NCBI GenBank assembly: GCA_041891055.1
Contig: CP169074.1
Span: 1,344,001-1,408,000, forward strand
Direction: 5' to 3'
DNA from: Halorutilales archaeon Cl-col2-1
Lineage (GTDB): Archaea; Halobacteriota; Halobacteria; Halobacteriales; Afararchaeaceae
DNA length: 64,000 nt
Part shown: piece by piece, positions 8,576 to 18,101 of the stretch
Position numbering within the stretch: position 1 is the first letter of the stretch
Layout of the letters: each line of letters opens with the position of its first letter
The notes under the pieces: model-generated
Told to the model about the DNA's origin: nothing
Seen by the model: only the letters and a program-made list of their open reading frames with translations
The model's database searches: none
Program-made: the position numbers and the translations under genes

Positions 8576-9547
8576 ATGGACGAACGTGACACGACTCGGC
8601 GCGGCTTTCTCGTCTCTGTGGGAGCCGCAGTAGCAGTCTCGGGAGCCGGCTGTCTCGGGAACGAGGAAGAAGGGAGCTCCGATGAGACAGGTGCACCGGG
8701 TATAGGTGGAGGAGGGAACGACACCGAATCCGAGACTGAAACCGAGACAGAGAACGGGGAGTCAGAGACAGAAGGTGAGACTGGAGACGGCACCGGGACG
8801 GACAGAGGAGAAAGCGAGACAGTGAGACCCGACGCGGATGTGACTGTCGTCGACGAGACAGTCGGTATCTACGGAAACACAGTATTCGGAGAGGTCGAGA
8901 ACACGGGGTCGACTCCCGTTGTCGGCTCGAGCATTGAGGTTAGCGCGGAGACTCTAGACGACTACTTCGCCGAGAGTCTCGTGAGCGGTGACACCGACCT
9001 CGAAGATATCTATCTCGAACCGGGAGACAGGCTGCCTTTCGACCTCAGTGTGGGTCTCGACATGGAGTTCGAGGACGCGGCACGTGAGGCGGAGGACAGG
9101 ATACGTGCTGCGTCATCACGTGCCGAACACGCTCGGAGGATAGCCCAGTACCTTGACATGGGAACACGTCATTCTCCTACGTCTGAGCGTGAGACGCCCA
9201 ACCCGGAGGACGTGAGACAGACTCTCTCCGAACTCAACGACTCTGTGGAGATGAGAGCCTCAGTAAACGACAACGGATACTACATCGACAAGGACGCCGA
9301 CTCGGACGCCGAGATAAGGCTCTCGGTAAGTAACACGACTTCGAGGAGTGTCGAGAACTTCGGGGTTCTGATTCTTCTCAGGGAGACGGGTGAGTATCCG
9401 CGTGTTGTCGACTTCACGTTTATGAAGAGAAGCCTCGATCCTAGTGAGTCGGAAGTTCTGTCACACACATTCGATCAGAGAAATACGGCGGTGAGACAGC
9501 CCGAGATACGTCTCACGGTGTACACCGACACACAGATCAGTGACTGA
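8576..9547 (+). CDS. Tat-exported lipoprotein (FxLYD/Ig-like domains)
   Basis: TRRGFL twin-arginine motif, GAGC lipobox, acidic E/T/G linker, GEVENTG motif. Confidence 0.75.
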   Translation: MDERDTTRRGFLVSVGAAVAVSGAGCLGNEEEGSSDETGAPGIGGGGNDTESETETETENGESETEGETGDGTGTDRGESETVRPDADVTVVDETVGIYGNTVFGEVENTGSTPVVGSSIEVSAETLDDYFAESLVSGDTDLEDIYLEPGDRLPFDLSVGLDMEFEDAAREAEDRIRAASSRAEHARRIAQYLDMGTRHSPTSERETPNPEDVRQTLSELNDSVEMRASVNDNGYYIDKDADSDAEIRLSVSNTTSRSVENFGVLILLRETGEYPRVVDFTFMKRSLDPSESEVLSHTFDQRNTAVRQPEIRLTVYTDTQISD

Positions 9548-9564
9548 ACTGAATACCATCAGTC

Positions 9565-9837
9565 TCAGTCTCTGGCTCCGACAAACTTGTATGTGTACGG
9601 ACTCGTCTCACGTATTACGAGATCGGGATGGCTCTGATTCGATCCGAGTATGGTCGCGATCTTGTGCGAACTCGAAATCTCGATACGGCTGTCAGTGTTC
9701 GCGTTGACCACCTCAAGAATCTGTCTCGCCGTAAGCTCCTCGCCCGTGAGATCCTCGTCGTACACGATCTTACGGATTGTCTCGAAGTTCGGGCTCGTGT
9801 TGTTCGAGCCTGAACCCGTGACACTCATGTCGGGCAT
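9565..9837 (-). CDS. Hypothetical protein, possible winged-helix
   Basis: 90-aa ORF; LTARQIL...SSHKIATILG...YTYKF wHTH-like pattern; TATA-like box upstream. Confidence 0.55.
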   Translation of the reverse strand: MPDMSVTGSGSNNTSPNFETIRKIVYDEDLTGEELTARQILEVVNANTDSRIEISSSHKIATILGSNQSHPDLVIRETSPYTYKFVGARD

Positions 9838-9952
9838 CGAAAGCCTATTAGTACCGGTTACACTTATACCTATGTCAGACTACTGTCACACAACGTGAAA
9901 AGCTATATTCGAGTGTGGTGTACGGTGTAAAACCAGATATTATTAAACTATT

Positions 9953-10408
9953 CTACTCGTAGACCCACGTCTCGTCGATTCTCTCGTACTCCTCGATCTC
10001 GTCTTCGTCGAAGTAAATCGATATCTCTCTCTCGGCGCTCTCGGGCGAGTCTGCGGCGTGTACGCAGTTACGTCCTATGTCGAGGGCGTAGTCTCCACGT
10101 ATCGTTCCGGGAGACGCCTCGGCTGGGTCGGTCGCACCTATCATCTTTCTCACGATGTCTATGGCGTCGTCGCCCTCGACAACCATAGGGACGGCGGGTC
10201 CGCTCGTGATGAACTCGACGAGGTCGTCGTAGAAGGGCTTGTCCTCGTGCTCGGCGTAATGCTGTTCACCCTGTTCCTGCGAGGGGGTCAGAACCTTCAT
10301 CGCGGCTATCTTGAGACCGCGTTCCTCGACCCTCGAAATCACCTCGCCGACAAGACCGCGCTGGAAGGCGTCGGGCTTGACCATCAGGAAGGTCTGTTGG
10401 CGCGCCAT
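9953..10408 (-). CDS. ndk: Nucleoside diphosphate kinase
   Basis: [30 protein letters not shown] (catalytic His). Confidence 0.97.
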   Translation of the reverse strand: MARQQTFLMVKPDAFQRGLVGEVISRVEERGLKIAAMKVLTPSQEQGEQHYAEHEDKPFYDDLVEFITSGPAVPMVVEGDDAIDIVRKMIGATDPAEASPGTIRGDYALDIGRNCVHAADSPESAEREISIYFDEDEIEEYERIDETWVYE

Positions 10409-10591
10409 CTACGTCTGAGCCTCCTCCTCGGTCGAAGTCCACTCTACGTCGCGCGAGACCCTTATCTCGGCGTTCTTCTCACACTTCGACGAGCAGAACC
10501 TGAGTATCTCGCCGTCGTTCTTCACGAACATTATGCCCGTCCCGGGCTCTATCTCGGAGCCACAGAACGTGCAGTCGTGTGTCTCTACCAT
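10409..10591 (-). CDS. rpl24e: 50S ribosomal protein L24e
   Basis: CTFCG..IEPGTG.MFV..DG...FCSSKCEKN. Confidence 0.96.
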   Translation of the reverse strand: MVETHDCTFCGSEIEPGTGIMFVKNDGEILRFCSSKCEKNAEIRVSRDVEWTSTEEEAQT

Positions 10592-10601
10592 TATGATCCC
10601 T

Positions 10602-10964
10602 CTATCTCAGGTTCTCTATGTCCTCGGCGACGCTCTCGACGTCGTCCTCGGCGTTTCCTGCGTCGACTACGGCGGCAGAGGCGCTTCCGACCTCAAGACC
10701 CGCAGCGTATCCGACGTCGTCCTGGTTCTCGATATAGACGTAAGGCACGTCCTTCTCGTCACACAGAGCCGGAAGATGCATAACGACCTCCTCGGGCTGG
10801 ACATCCTCGGCTATCACGACGAGATCTGCCTCGCCTCTCTCGACAGCCTTCGTGGTCTCGTTGGTGCCCTTACGTATGCTGCCCGTGTCTCTGGCTACCT
10901 CTACAGCCTCTAGTGCTTTCTCCTGCAGTTCCTCTGGTACATCGAAGTTTACGTATACTGACAT
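10602..10964 (-). CDS. rpl7ae: 50S ribosomal protein L7Ae
   Basis: [28 protein letters not shown]. Confidence 0.97.
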   Translation of the reverse strand: MSVYVNFDVPEELQEKALEAVEVARDTGSIRKGTNETTKAVERGEADLVVIAEDVQPEEVVMHLPALCDEKDVPYVYIENQDDVGYAAGLEVGSASAAVVDAGNAEDDVESVAEDIENLR

Positions 10965-10974
10965 TTTTTACCTC

Positions 10975-11000
10975 GTTCCGCGCAAGAAGCGCGTCATTAC
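10975..11000 (-). promoter_or_regulatory. Kink-turn-like motif in the rpl7ae leader
   Basis: Minus-strand RNA GU-AAU-GA-CGCGC-UUCUU-GCGCG-GA-AC: 3-nt bulge, tandem G.A pairs, 5-bp NC helix, directly before the GAGGU SD. The C helix is only 2 bp. Confidence 0.6.
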
Positions 11001-11037
11001 TTTGTTGTCTATAGAGCTATGCTGGTTATATACTCTG

Positions 11038-11592
11038 TTATCTCGCTGCCTCGGCGACGCGTTCCTTCTCCTCCTTCTTGCTCACGGAGGAACACTGAAC
11101 GTCGTAGTCGGCGGCGTCTATTATCTCGCGGGCTAAGACGTCGCTCGCGTCGGTCTTAGACTTGTAGCTTCCGTTAGCTACCGCGTCGGCTATGAACATC
11201 AGAGCCTGGTCGACACGTCTCTGGGGTGCGACATCGACTGCCTTAGGAACCGAGATTCCACCGTACTTGAGCCTCACGGTCTCCTCGCGGGGTCCTGCGT
11301 TCTCTATGGCGTAGACGAGAAGCTGTGCAGGGTTCTCACCCGTCTCCTCGTGTATCTTGTCGAAGGCGTCACGGACGATCTTGAGAGTCTTCTGTTTCTT
11401 CCCCGTGTTAGTCTGTGTCTGCATCAGACGGTTGGCGAGACGCTCGACAGCCGAGACCTCCCTCTTCGCGAACTGCTTGTTGGCGTGCTGACCCATCGTG
11501 TTCGCGACGGGGGTTATGTTGATGTAGGGCTCGGTCGACCTGTCACTGTACTCTATCTCGTCGACGTCCCATTTGCCGAATAGCTGCGCCAT
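11038..11592 (-). CDS. rps7: 30S ribosomal protein S7 (uS7)
   Basis: VERLANRLM, AIENAGPREETVRLKYGG, VDVAPQRRVD, ERVAEAAR. Confidence 0.96.
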   Translation of the reverse strand: MAQLFGKWDVDEIEYSDRSTEPYINITPVANTMGQHANKQFAKREVSAVERLANRLMQTQTNTGKKQKTLKIVRDAFDKIHEETGENPAQLLVYAIENAGPREETVRLKYGGISVPKAVDVAPQRRVDQALMFIADAVANGSYKSKTDASDVLAREIIDAADYDVQCSSVSKKEEKERVAEAAR

Positions 11593-11593
11593 G

Positions 11594-12022
11594 CTATCTC
11601 ACCGGCTTCTCCTTGTTTCCTCTCACCATCTCTATGAGAGCTACGCCGTTGACCTTGGTGACCTTGTACTTGACACCAGAGAGGTCACCCATCGCACCAC
11701 CACGAGAGCCACCGATTCCCGCTATAGTGACCTCGTCGTGCTCGTCTATGAAGTCTATCGCGCCGTCACCCGGTGCGAAAGCCGTGACCTGCTTGCCGTT
11801 CTTGATAAGCTGGACACGGACACATTTCCTTATAGCCGAGTTGGGCTGTTTCGCCTCTATTCCGACCTTCTCGAGTACGATACCCTTAGCCTGGGGTGCT
11901 CCACCGAGGGGATCGCTCTTCTCCCTCAGACCGCGCGCGCGGCGGGCGTACTTCGAGTCGCTCCACCGCTGATTCTGGCGGTCTTTCTTCATCTTACGTG
12001 CCGCGTATTTACCGTTACCCAT
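11594..12022 (-). CDS. rps12: 30S ribosomal protein S12 (uS12)
   Basis: [24 protein letters not shown]. Confidence 0.97.
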   Translation of the reverse strand: MGNGKYAARKMKKDRQNQRWSDSKYARRARGLREKSDPLGGAPQAKGIVLEKVGIEAKQPNSAIRKCVRVQLIKNGKQVTAFAPGDGAIDFIDEHDEVTIAGIGGSRGGAMGDLSGVKYKVTKVNGVALIEMVRGNKEKPVR

Positions 12023-12090
12023 GGTTATACGACCTACTTAGGCTAACCATATAAGAGAAACGGTTCTGGGCAAGAAGGCGACGTAACGTC

Positions 12091-12819
12091 TTAGCCACCC
12101 TTAGTGAAGACTATCACGAGGGCTAAGGCGACTCCCGAAAGCAGGGCTAGAGTCGAGTGTGGCTTCTCGTGTTCCATAGCCTCGGGAAGGAGATGTGACG
12201 CCGAGACGTAGAGGAGAACCCCCGATACGAAGCCGAGCATCAGACCCAGGCTACCCTTACCGAGCGCGCTGACGAAGGGATACGCGATGAAGGCTCCTAT
12301 GGGTGTCGTGAGTGCTGCTATAAGGAAGGCGTAGACACCCGCAAGTCTCTCACTCATTCCTCCTTTTATGAGGACGAGGAAGGTTATGACGCCCTCAGCG
12401 AACTCGTGTACGACGAGTCCGGTTCCCGCGAGTACACCCGTGAGGACGCTGACCTGGAAGGTGACGGTGTAGACGACGCCATCGACGAGAGAATGTATTC
12501 CGATCCCCTGTGCGGCTGTGACGCCGAAGGCGAGTGTCTCCTCCCCCGTGAGGTGCTTTATGACCTTGTTCGAGAAGAACATGAAGAGGAATCCACCGAC
12601 TGCGGTGAAGCCCGCCTGTGAGCTCTGACTCAGAGCGTTTGGGAGTGCGAGTACGAGAGGAGTAGTTATGAGGACGCCCGCGGCGAAACACATGAAGTAG
12701 GTCTTCGACCTCTCCGCCCAGTCCTTGTAGCGGTATATCGCGAGTATGCCCACCGAGTTGACCGCCATCGCCGCGACACCGAAGAGGGCTATCCACGTGA
12801 AGGTGTCTATATCCGCCAT
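12091..12819 (-). CDS. ZIP family metal transporter
   Basis: About 8 TMs; FAAGVL, IHSLVDG, VHEFAEG and HLLPEA motifs. Confidence 0.9.
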   Translation of the reverse strand: MADIDTFTWIALFGVAAMAVNSVGILAIYRYKDWAERSKTYFMCFAAGVLITTPLVLALPNALSQSSQAGFTAVGGFLFMFFSNKVIKHLTGEETLAFGVTAAQGIGIHSLVDGVVYTVTFQVSVLTGVLAGTGLVVHEFAEGVITFLVLIKGGMSERLAGVYAFLIAALTTPIGAFIAYPFVSALGKGSLGLMLGFVSGVLLYVSASHLLPEAMEHEKPHSTLALLSGVALALVIVFTKGG

Positions 12820-12828
12820 TTTTACGAC

Positions 12829-13119
12829 CTATGAGCCGTCGACCCTTAGATACTCCGAGAGACACGACTCGAATCTCTCCTTGACGTTGTCGTCGGCATC
12901 GGGCTTGATCCTGAGCTTAATCTCGTTCTTCCCGAGGTTCGTGGTGACGACTACATCGGGAGTCTCCATCCGCAGAAGAGACGAGCCTTCCCCGAGAGGT
13001 CTCTCAATCTCTCCCACGGGTTCGAGACAGTCACGTATCTCCTCGGTGACCGGCTCGTGGGTCTCGTAGACGTAAGCCGTGTCGTCGCCGCACGTCCTCA
13101 TCTCTCGGGGATCGAACAT
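12829..13119 (-). CDS. Hypothetical protein (96 aa)
   Basis: Acidic ORF tightly packed between the V4R and ZIP genes (3- and 9-nt gaps). Confidence 0.7.
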   Translation of the reverse strand: MFDPREMRTCGDDTAYVYETHEPVTEEIRDCLEPVGEIERPLGEGSSLLRMETPDVVVTTNLGKNEIKLRIKPDADDNVKERFESCLSEYLRVDGS

Positions 13120-13122
13120 CTT

Positions 13123-14349
13123 CTACTTCTCGACTATTATCTCGGAGTAGTCGTCGCCCATAGCGACACACGACGTCTGTTTCGCCGTGAATCCGGCTTC
13201 CTTGTCGCTGAAGAGATCCGCGTAGAAGGAGTCGTCGAGCTCTGGCTCCTCAGTTATGTCTCCGTGGTAGAGGAGGTTCATGACCGAGGACGCGACCCCC
13301 TGTGCGAGGTAGTCTACGGGATGGTCGGACTCGCCGAACCACTTGAGATGTCCGACCGACTCGTAGGGCTCGTAGACGTGGACGACGAGTCGCTCACCCG
13401 GGACGAGTTCGTCGACTCTCCAGACGCCCCAGCCGAGAGCGTTTATGACGGCTACGATGCCGTGTAGCCAGTCGTCACGCGTCTCGATCATCGGCTCGAC
13501 GACAGCCTTCCACTCCTCCGACTTCATTATGCCTCCCATCGTGTTGAAGCCACAGATATGTCCCGCCTCTACGAGCATGTCGGTCGCGATCTCGACGGTT
13601 CCCGCCTGGTCAAGGAGTGCGTTCTCGAAACGGAACGAGAGCTTGTTGTAGTAGTCGGCGAATCCCCACGTGAGTTCGACGCCGAAGTAGGGTATGAGAC
13701 CCGAGTCGTTCCCTGAGACGCCGAGGCTGAGTACGTTCTCGACGACCTCTTCCTCGTCGACCGAGCTCTCGACCTGTCTCTCGGGGGGCTCAGCGAGATC
13801 TGGTAGGGAGTTAGAAGAGGTCTTGTCAAGCCAGTCGTAGCTCGCCGACTCGTCGACGGTGTACTCAGAGACGCCGTCTCCGAGTGAGATAGAGCTCTCG
13901 TGTCCCAGGTCGAAGCCGTCGGCGACACCCGCTGCCTTGAGAGTTCCCGCTATGAACCCCTTGTCGAAGTACTCGGCGGGGTCTTCCCTCTCGCCGACGT
14001 TGAGCTTCGAAGCCCTCGCGTAATGGGAGTTACGGCTCACGACCTTCCCCGAACCGATGTCCGAGAAGTCGACTGTGCCGTGTCCCGTGAATCTGAAGAC
14101 CTCCTCGGCGAACTCTAGTGCCTCGTCGCTTGAGGCGTCGTTACGGTCAACGTACTCCGAGACGAGTAGGTATGCGGTCTCAGCCGCCGACTGGAGAAAG
14201 ACCCTCTCCGAGTCGATGTAGTTGGGATCCTCTATATACTGGTGTAGAGAGCGGTTGTAATGGTTACAGTGGGCGAGCACGGGCTGTCTCTCTATCTCGG
14301 CGCGTCCCCTCTGTGTGTCGTAGTCGATACCAGGCTCCGTGTCTGTCAT
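13123..14349 (-). CDS. Tandem V4R (4-vinyl reductase-like) domain protein
   Basis: Two V4R-like repeats (FTGHG...GFIAG...SISLGD; LGWG...QGVASS...CVAMGDDYSE); HCNHYN and EAGHICGFNTMGG motifs; ATGA overlap with the upstream gene. Confidence 0.75.
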   Translation of the reverse strand: MTDTEPGIDYDTQRGRAEIERQPVLAHCNHYNRSLHQYIEDPNYIDSERVFLQSAAETAYLLVSEYVDRNDASSDEALEFAEEVFRFTGHGTVDFSDIGSGKVVSRNSHYARASKLNVGEREDPAEYFDKGFIAGTLKAAGVADGFDLGHESSISLGDGVSEYTVDESASYDWLDKTSSNSLPDLAEPPERQVESSVDEEEVVENVLSLGVSGNDSGLIPYFGVELTWGFADYYNKLSFRFENALLDQAGTVEIATDMLVEAGHICGFNTMGGIMKSEEWKAVVEPMIETRDDWLHGIVAVINALGWGVWRVDELVPGERLVVHVYEPYESVGHLKWFGESDHPVDYLAQGVASSVMNLLYHGDITEEPELDDSFYADLFSDKEAGFTAKQTSCVAMGDDYSEIIVEK

Positions 14350-14624
14350 CGGAACCACCCCAGGACTCTGTCGAGAAAACTGTCGGCGAGCTCAGACTCG
14401 CCCTCGCCACCACCCGCTCTCTTCTCGAACTCCTCACCCGTTATCTCCTCAGCCGCCTTCCTCACAGCCTCGTACTCGTCGTCTGAGACCGTGTCGTTTT
14501 CGCCTATCGACCCGAGGTCGACGCCCGTCTTGAGCTGTATCCTGCCGTACGCCTTCCAAGGGGGCTCGTCGCTCGGATACGCCTCCTCTATCTCAGTCTT
14601 GAGACGGTAAATGTCAGAAGCCAT
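14346..14624 (-). CDS. Hypothetical protein (92 aa), first gene of the V4R-ZIP operon
   Basis: Acidic ORF divergent from endA; its stop overlaps the V4R start. Confidence 0.7.
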   Translation of the reverse strand: MASDIYRLKTEIEEAYPSDEPPWKAYGRIQLKTGVDLGSIGENDTVSDDEYEAVRKAAEEITGEEFEKRAGGGEGESELADSFLDRVLGWFR

Positions 14625-14702
14625 CTTATCTATCTACGTATATCACGCCTCAGAATTAGCTCTTTGGGTTGACTATATATGGTGAGACACGTATTAAACG
14701 AC

Positions 14703-15734
14703 GTGAAACCAAGACTGCAACCCGACGAAAACGCCGTATTACTCGGCGATGACGCGAGGAACCGGTTCTACGGCTCTAGCGGCTACGGACGTCCCGAGGA
14801 CTCGGGGCTGAGTCTCAGCCTCGTCGAGGCGGCACATCTTCTGAGACGCGGCAAGATAAAAGACATTGAGGGCAAGGGGTTCAATGGGTTCGTCGAGGAA
14901 GCCTCGGAACTCAACGATGATTTCGCCGCCGTCTTCGAGGTCTACTCCGATCTCCGTGAAAGGGGTTACTACCTCCAGCACCGTCCGGGCGAGAGTTCGA
15001 TCGATGTCTATCCGAGAGGTAAGCTACCGTCGGAGAGCACGCCGAAGGATGTTGTCCAGGTCACCGACGAGGACGGACGCGTACACGTAGACGAACTCGT
15101 CAGGGATGGTGACGGCGGTAGTATACTCGGCGTCGTCGACTCCGAGGGCGACGTGACCTACTTCAGAGCCGAGAGATGGGACGAGAACGGAGGGACTGAG
15201 CCGTACCCCGCGACTGAGACAAGCCTCAACGCACGTCTACTGGGCAGAAGGATCGTCGTCGATAGCGAGAACGGAGAGTACGGCGGTCTCCACTCGTCTT
15301 CTTTCTATGGGAGCGAAAACGAGGACGACGGACGTCTCATGCTCTCGCCCGAGGAAGCCGTCTATCTCGACGACGAAGGCGTGGTGAGACTGAGCCACGA
15401 GGACAGACTGAGTACCGAGAGACTTCTCGACAACGACGTCTTTGAAATTTACTCCGACCTACGCGGGAGAGGTCTGTGTCCCAAGACGGGGTTCAAGTTC
15501 GGAACCGAGTTCCGCGTCTACGAGACTGTGACCGACGTCGAAGACCTTCCCCACTCGGAGATACTCGTCGACACTGTCAAGACCGACAAGGTCTTCGATA
15601 TACACGAGTTATCGCGCGCGGTACGTCTCGCACACGGAGTCAGAAAGGAAATGGTATTCGGAGTAGTCGGAGCCGAAAGCAACGCGAGCGGAGACGGAGT
15701 CAAGTACGTGAGCGTGAGTCGGTACAGACCTTAA
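14703..15734 (+). CDS. endA: tRNA-splicing endonuclease (alpha2 type)
   Basis: Duplicated LSLVEA/LSPEEA and YSDLR.RG units; KTGFKFGTEFRVY, HSE, RLAHGVRK. GTG start about 28 nt after TATATA. Confidence 0.93.
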   Translation: MKPRLQPDENAVLLGDDARNRFYGSSGYGRPEDSGLSLSLVEAAHLLRRGKIKDIEGKGFNGFVEEASELNDDFAAVFEVYSDLRERGYYLQHRPGESSIDVYPRGKLPSESTPKDVVQVTDEDGRVHVDELVRDGDGGSILGVVDSEGDVTYFRAERWDENGGTEPYPATETSLNARLLGRRIVVDSENGEYGGLHSSSFYGSENEDDGRLMLSPEEAVYLDDEGVVRLSHEDRLSTERLLDNDVFEIYSDLRGRGLCPKTGFKFGTEFRVYETVTDVEDLPHSEILVDTVKTDKVFDIHELSRAVRLAHGVRKEMVFGVVGAESNASGDGVKYVSVSRYRP

Positions 15735-16536
15735 CTGCCTTGATCGTATCGGACGCCGTTACGGAAGAACTTACGTATCCAGACGACTCCGTCCGAAATC
15801 CCTGAGGAGCCGATTCTCTCGACGAAGTCGTCAACGTGGGCTTTGCCTGTTACTAGAACTGCGTTTTCGTAACATGACGACTCTGCAAGGTACAGGCTCT
15901 ATCCAACATTATCTCGTTTCTCTCGTTGATGGTTCAGTAGATGGCGATGTTAAGAGCGACGATTGTTGAGAGAAAGAGTATGACCGATCCTACAGAGATC
16001 TGTAAGAGAAGCCAGACAGGGAAGACCAGTAGAGCCGTCACAGTTCCGGCACGGCGTGAGATTCGGGCTGTCCCGAAGACGAGACCGACTGCGGCGAAGG
16101 CGACTACATAGGTTGTCACGACTGCGGCTGGAAAGACAGCTAAGTATCCGACCACAATCATCCAGTTTAAACCGACTGAAACGATGCCGCCCGCCGAGAA
16201 GATTACGCTGAAATGGGGATCGATTCTGTGAACCTCTATGTCATCCTTATCGGCTACCTCGTACGCGGCTCTGATCTCGGGTGGCACGAGGTCACGTGTG
16301 ACGACGGCGTATGCCGCGAGTGAAACGACTGAGTAGATACCAAAGCCAAGGACTACGAGCGGAAGCCTGAGGAGACCACGAAGCCAGTCAGCTAGACCGG
16401 GTCGTTCATCGGGGTACTCGACGAAGATGGCATCAGCATCTTCTTCTTCGACCCTCTCACGAAGTTCATCACGGACTACCGAGAGTCTATCTATATGTAT
16501 TACACCGAATATTCCTAGGCTGAGGTCAGGTGGCAT
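15731..16536 (-). pseudogene. Disrupted TraB/GumN-like membrane protein
   Basis: GVIHID and IFVEYP at the N-terminus. After TGA 15934-36 the frame continues TINERNEIMLDRA, and after a 1-nt shift near 15888 it reads LAESSCYENAVLVTGKAHVDDF...* (15731). Confidence 0.65.
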
Positions 16537-16554
16537 TTGTTTTGGCTCCGTAGA

Positions 16555-17583
16555 TTATGCTTCACCCACGTAGAGAGTATAGCTGTAGTACTCGGCGTCG
16601 TACCAAAGATGTCCGTTCTCGGACGTGTCGTCGAGACTCAGTCTGTCGAGTAGACTCTCGAAAGCCTCGGTGAGTGGTGTCTCCTCGGTGTATGTATCAT
16701 TGGCTATAGCCTTCTCAAGTAGGTCACTCTCCTCGTCTGGTAGATCTCCGGGATCGATCTCGGCGTCGACACGTGACTCGAAGACTACGTCACGGAACTC
16801 ATCACGTGAGTCAGCCACCTTCACCGTGAGAGTACTGTACTCGGTCTCGGTGATGTTCTCGTCTGTGACGTCGATAGTGTAAGCCCACTGTCCTGTCTCT
16901 TCCATCCTCACGACCTCGCCGTTGAGTTCACGCGTCCCCAGACGGCTCTCGACCTCGGCGGGTCGACGCAGAACGTAGGCGTCTCCGTGGAGTAGATCCG
17001 AGGCTCCCCCCTCGCCATTAGTGACGTGGTTAGTATGCAGAATCTTGAGGACACGTGCCACGGGTCGTTCGAGGTCATCGATTCCGACTGCGTCACGCGG
17101 GATGTTTTCCTCCGAGACTCGGCTGGCTTCGACTACTGTGCGCTCGGTCTTTCTGCGCCCGGTGATGGTATTTTTGACTTGGTAATATCCTTCCTCCGCC
17201 TCGACGTAAGCGTCGTCAGGAAGAGGTGTGTAGCCGTAAGTAGTGTGGCGTCCCTCAGGTAGTATATTGCCGAGTGTTTCCCTCGCGCGGTCTCCGAAGA
17301 GGTCGTCGTAGTCGGGCTGGTAGAGGGAGTGTTCGACAGGAGAGGTGGAGATACTTTCTACGTCCAAGGAGTACCCCGTCGTCTCTGACTGTGAGTGGAG
17401 TCCCGAGAGACATCCCGTGAGCGAAGTCAGAGCCGCTAATCCCGTGGCACGAACTGCTTGTCGACGTGTGATAGACAGTCCGTCTCTCGGATTCATATTA
17501 GCTACTCTATCGACGGAGTCCTCGGATAAAGTATTTCTGTAGGAAGAGACCATCTCATCCGGAGTTTTCCGGGAACTCGACAC
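16555..17583 (-). CDS. Tat lipoprotein, hypothetical
   Basis: ITRRQAV twin-arginine motif and LTGC lipobox; true start probably later (MNPRDG). Confidence 0.7.
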   Translation of the reverse strand: MSSSRKTPDEMVSSYRNTLSEDSVDRVANMNPRDGLSITRRQAVRATGLAALTSLTGCLSGLHSQSETTGYSLDVESISTSPVEHSLYQPDYDDLFGDRARETLGNILPEGRHTTYGYTPLPDDAYVEAEEGYYQVKNTITGRRKTERTVVEASRVSEENIPRDAVGIDDLERPVARVLKILHTNHVTNGEGGASDLLHGDAYVLRRPAEVESRLGTRELNGEVVRMEETGQWAYTIDVTDENITETEYSTLTVKVADSRDEFRDVVFESRVDAEIDPGDLPDEESDLLEKAIANDTYTEETPLTEAFESLLDRLSLDDTSENGHLWYDAEYYSYTLYVGEA

Positions 17584-17923
17584 GGAGATACGAGGTTCCT
17601 TTCACGTAGTTGTAGGCTTCGACGGCTACGCCGAACGCTGAGAGTATTGTCAGGATAAGCAGAGCCCGGCTCTTCGGCGTCAAGAGATACTGTCCGCCAA
17701 CGAGGTAGAGGACAAACGTACCACGGAGAAGATTATAGACCGGATGGTCTCGAAACGAGTCGAATGTACTCGCACCGAGGAAGAGTATGGGTACCGCGAA
17801 GTAGACATATATAAGAGGAGATGCTTCTGTAAGCCAGACAGCAGCCAGAAGGAAGGCGAGCAAGAGTACTGTGAGACCACCCCGGTAGGGACTGATACGG
17901 TCACGAAGACTGTCAGAGCCCAT
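17555..17923 (-). CDS. Small membrane protein (about 4 TM)
   Basis: Hydrophobic 122-aa ORF co-oriented with the lipoprotein gene. Confidence 0.6.
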   Translation of the reverse strand: MGSDSLRDRISPYRGGLTVLLLAFLLAAVWLTEASPLIYVYFAVPILFLGASTFDSFRDHPVYNLLRGTFVLYLVGGQYLLTPKSRALLILTILSAFGVAVEAYNYVKGTSYLRVEFPENSG

Positions 17924-18101
17924 AGTGTTGGTTACTCAACGGTGTAGTAAAGCAGTTTCTGGTCAGATCTGTGTCATAAGTCATGAAGTCTTCGGTGCCT
18001 GTGAGTTCCGATTCGACTTGTATAGTCGACACCGTATATACAGAAGAAGTAACTGCGCCGAGACCGTGATACTCTTCTTTCACGAAGACCCACAGAGAGT
18101 A

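Noticed and set aside
17925-18101. N-terminal extension of CofH in the ORF track
   Set aside because: Non-acidic and overlaps the divergent promoter region; ATG 18102 fits better.
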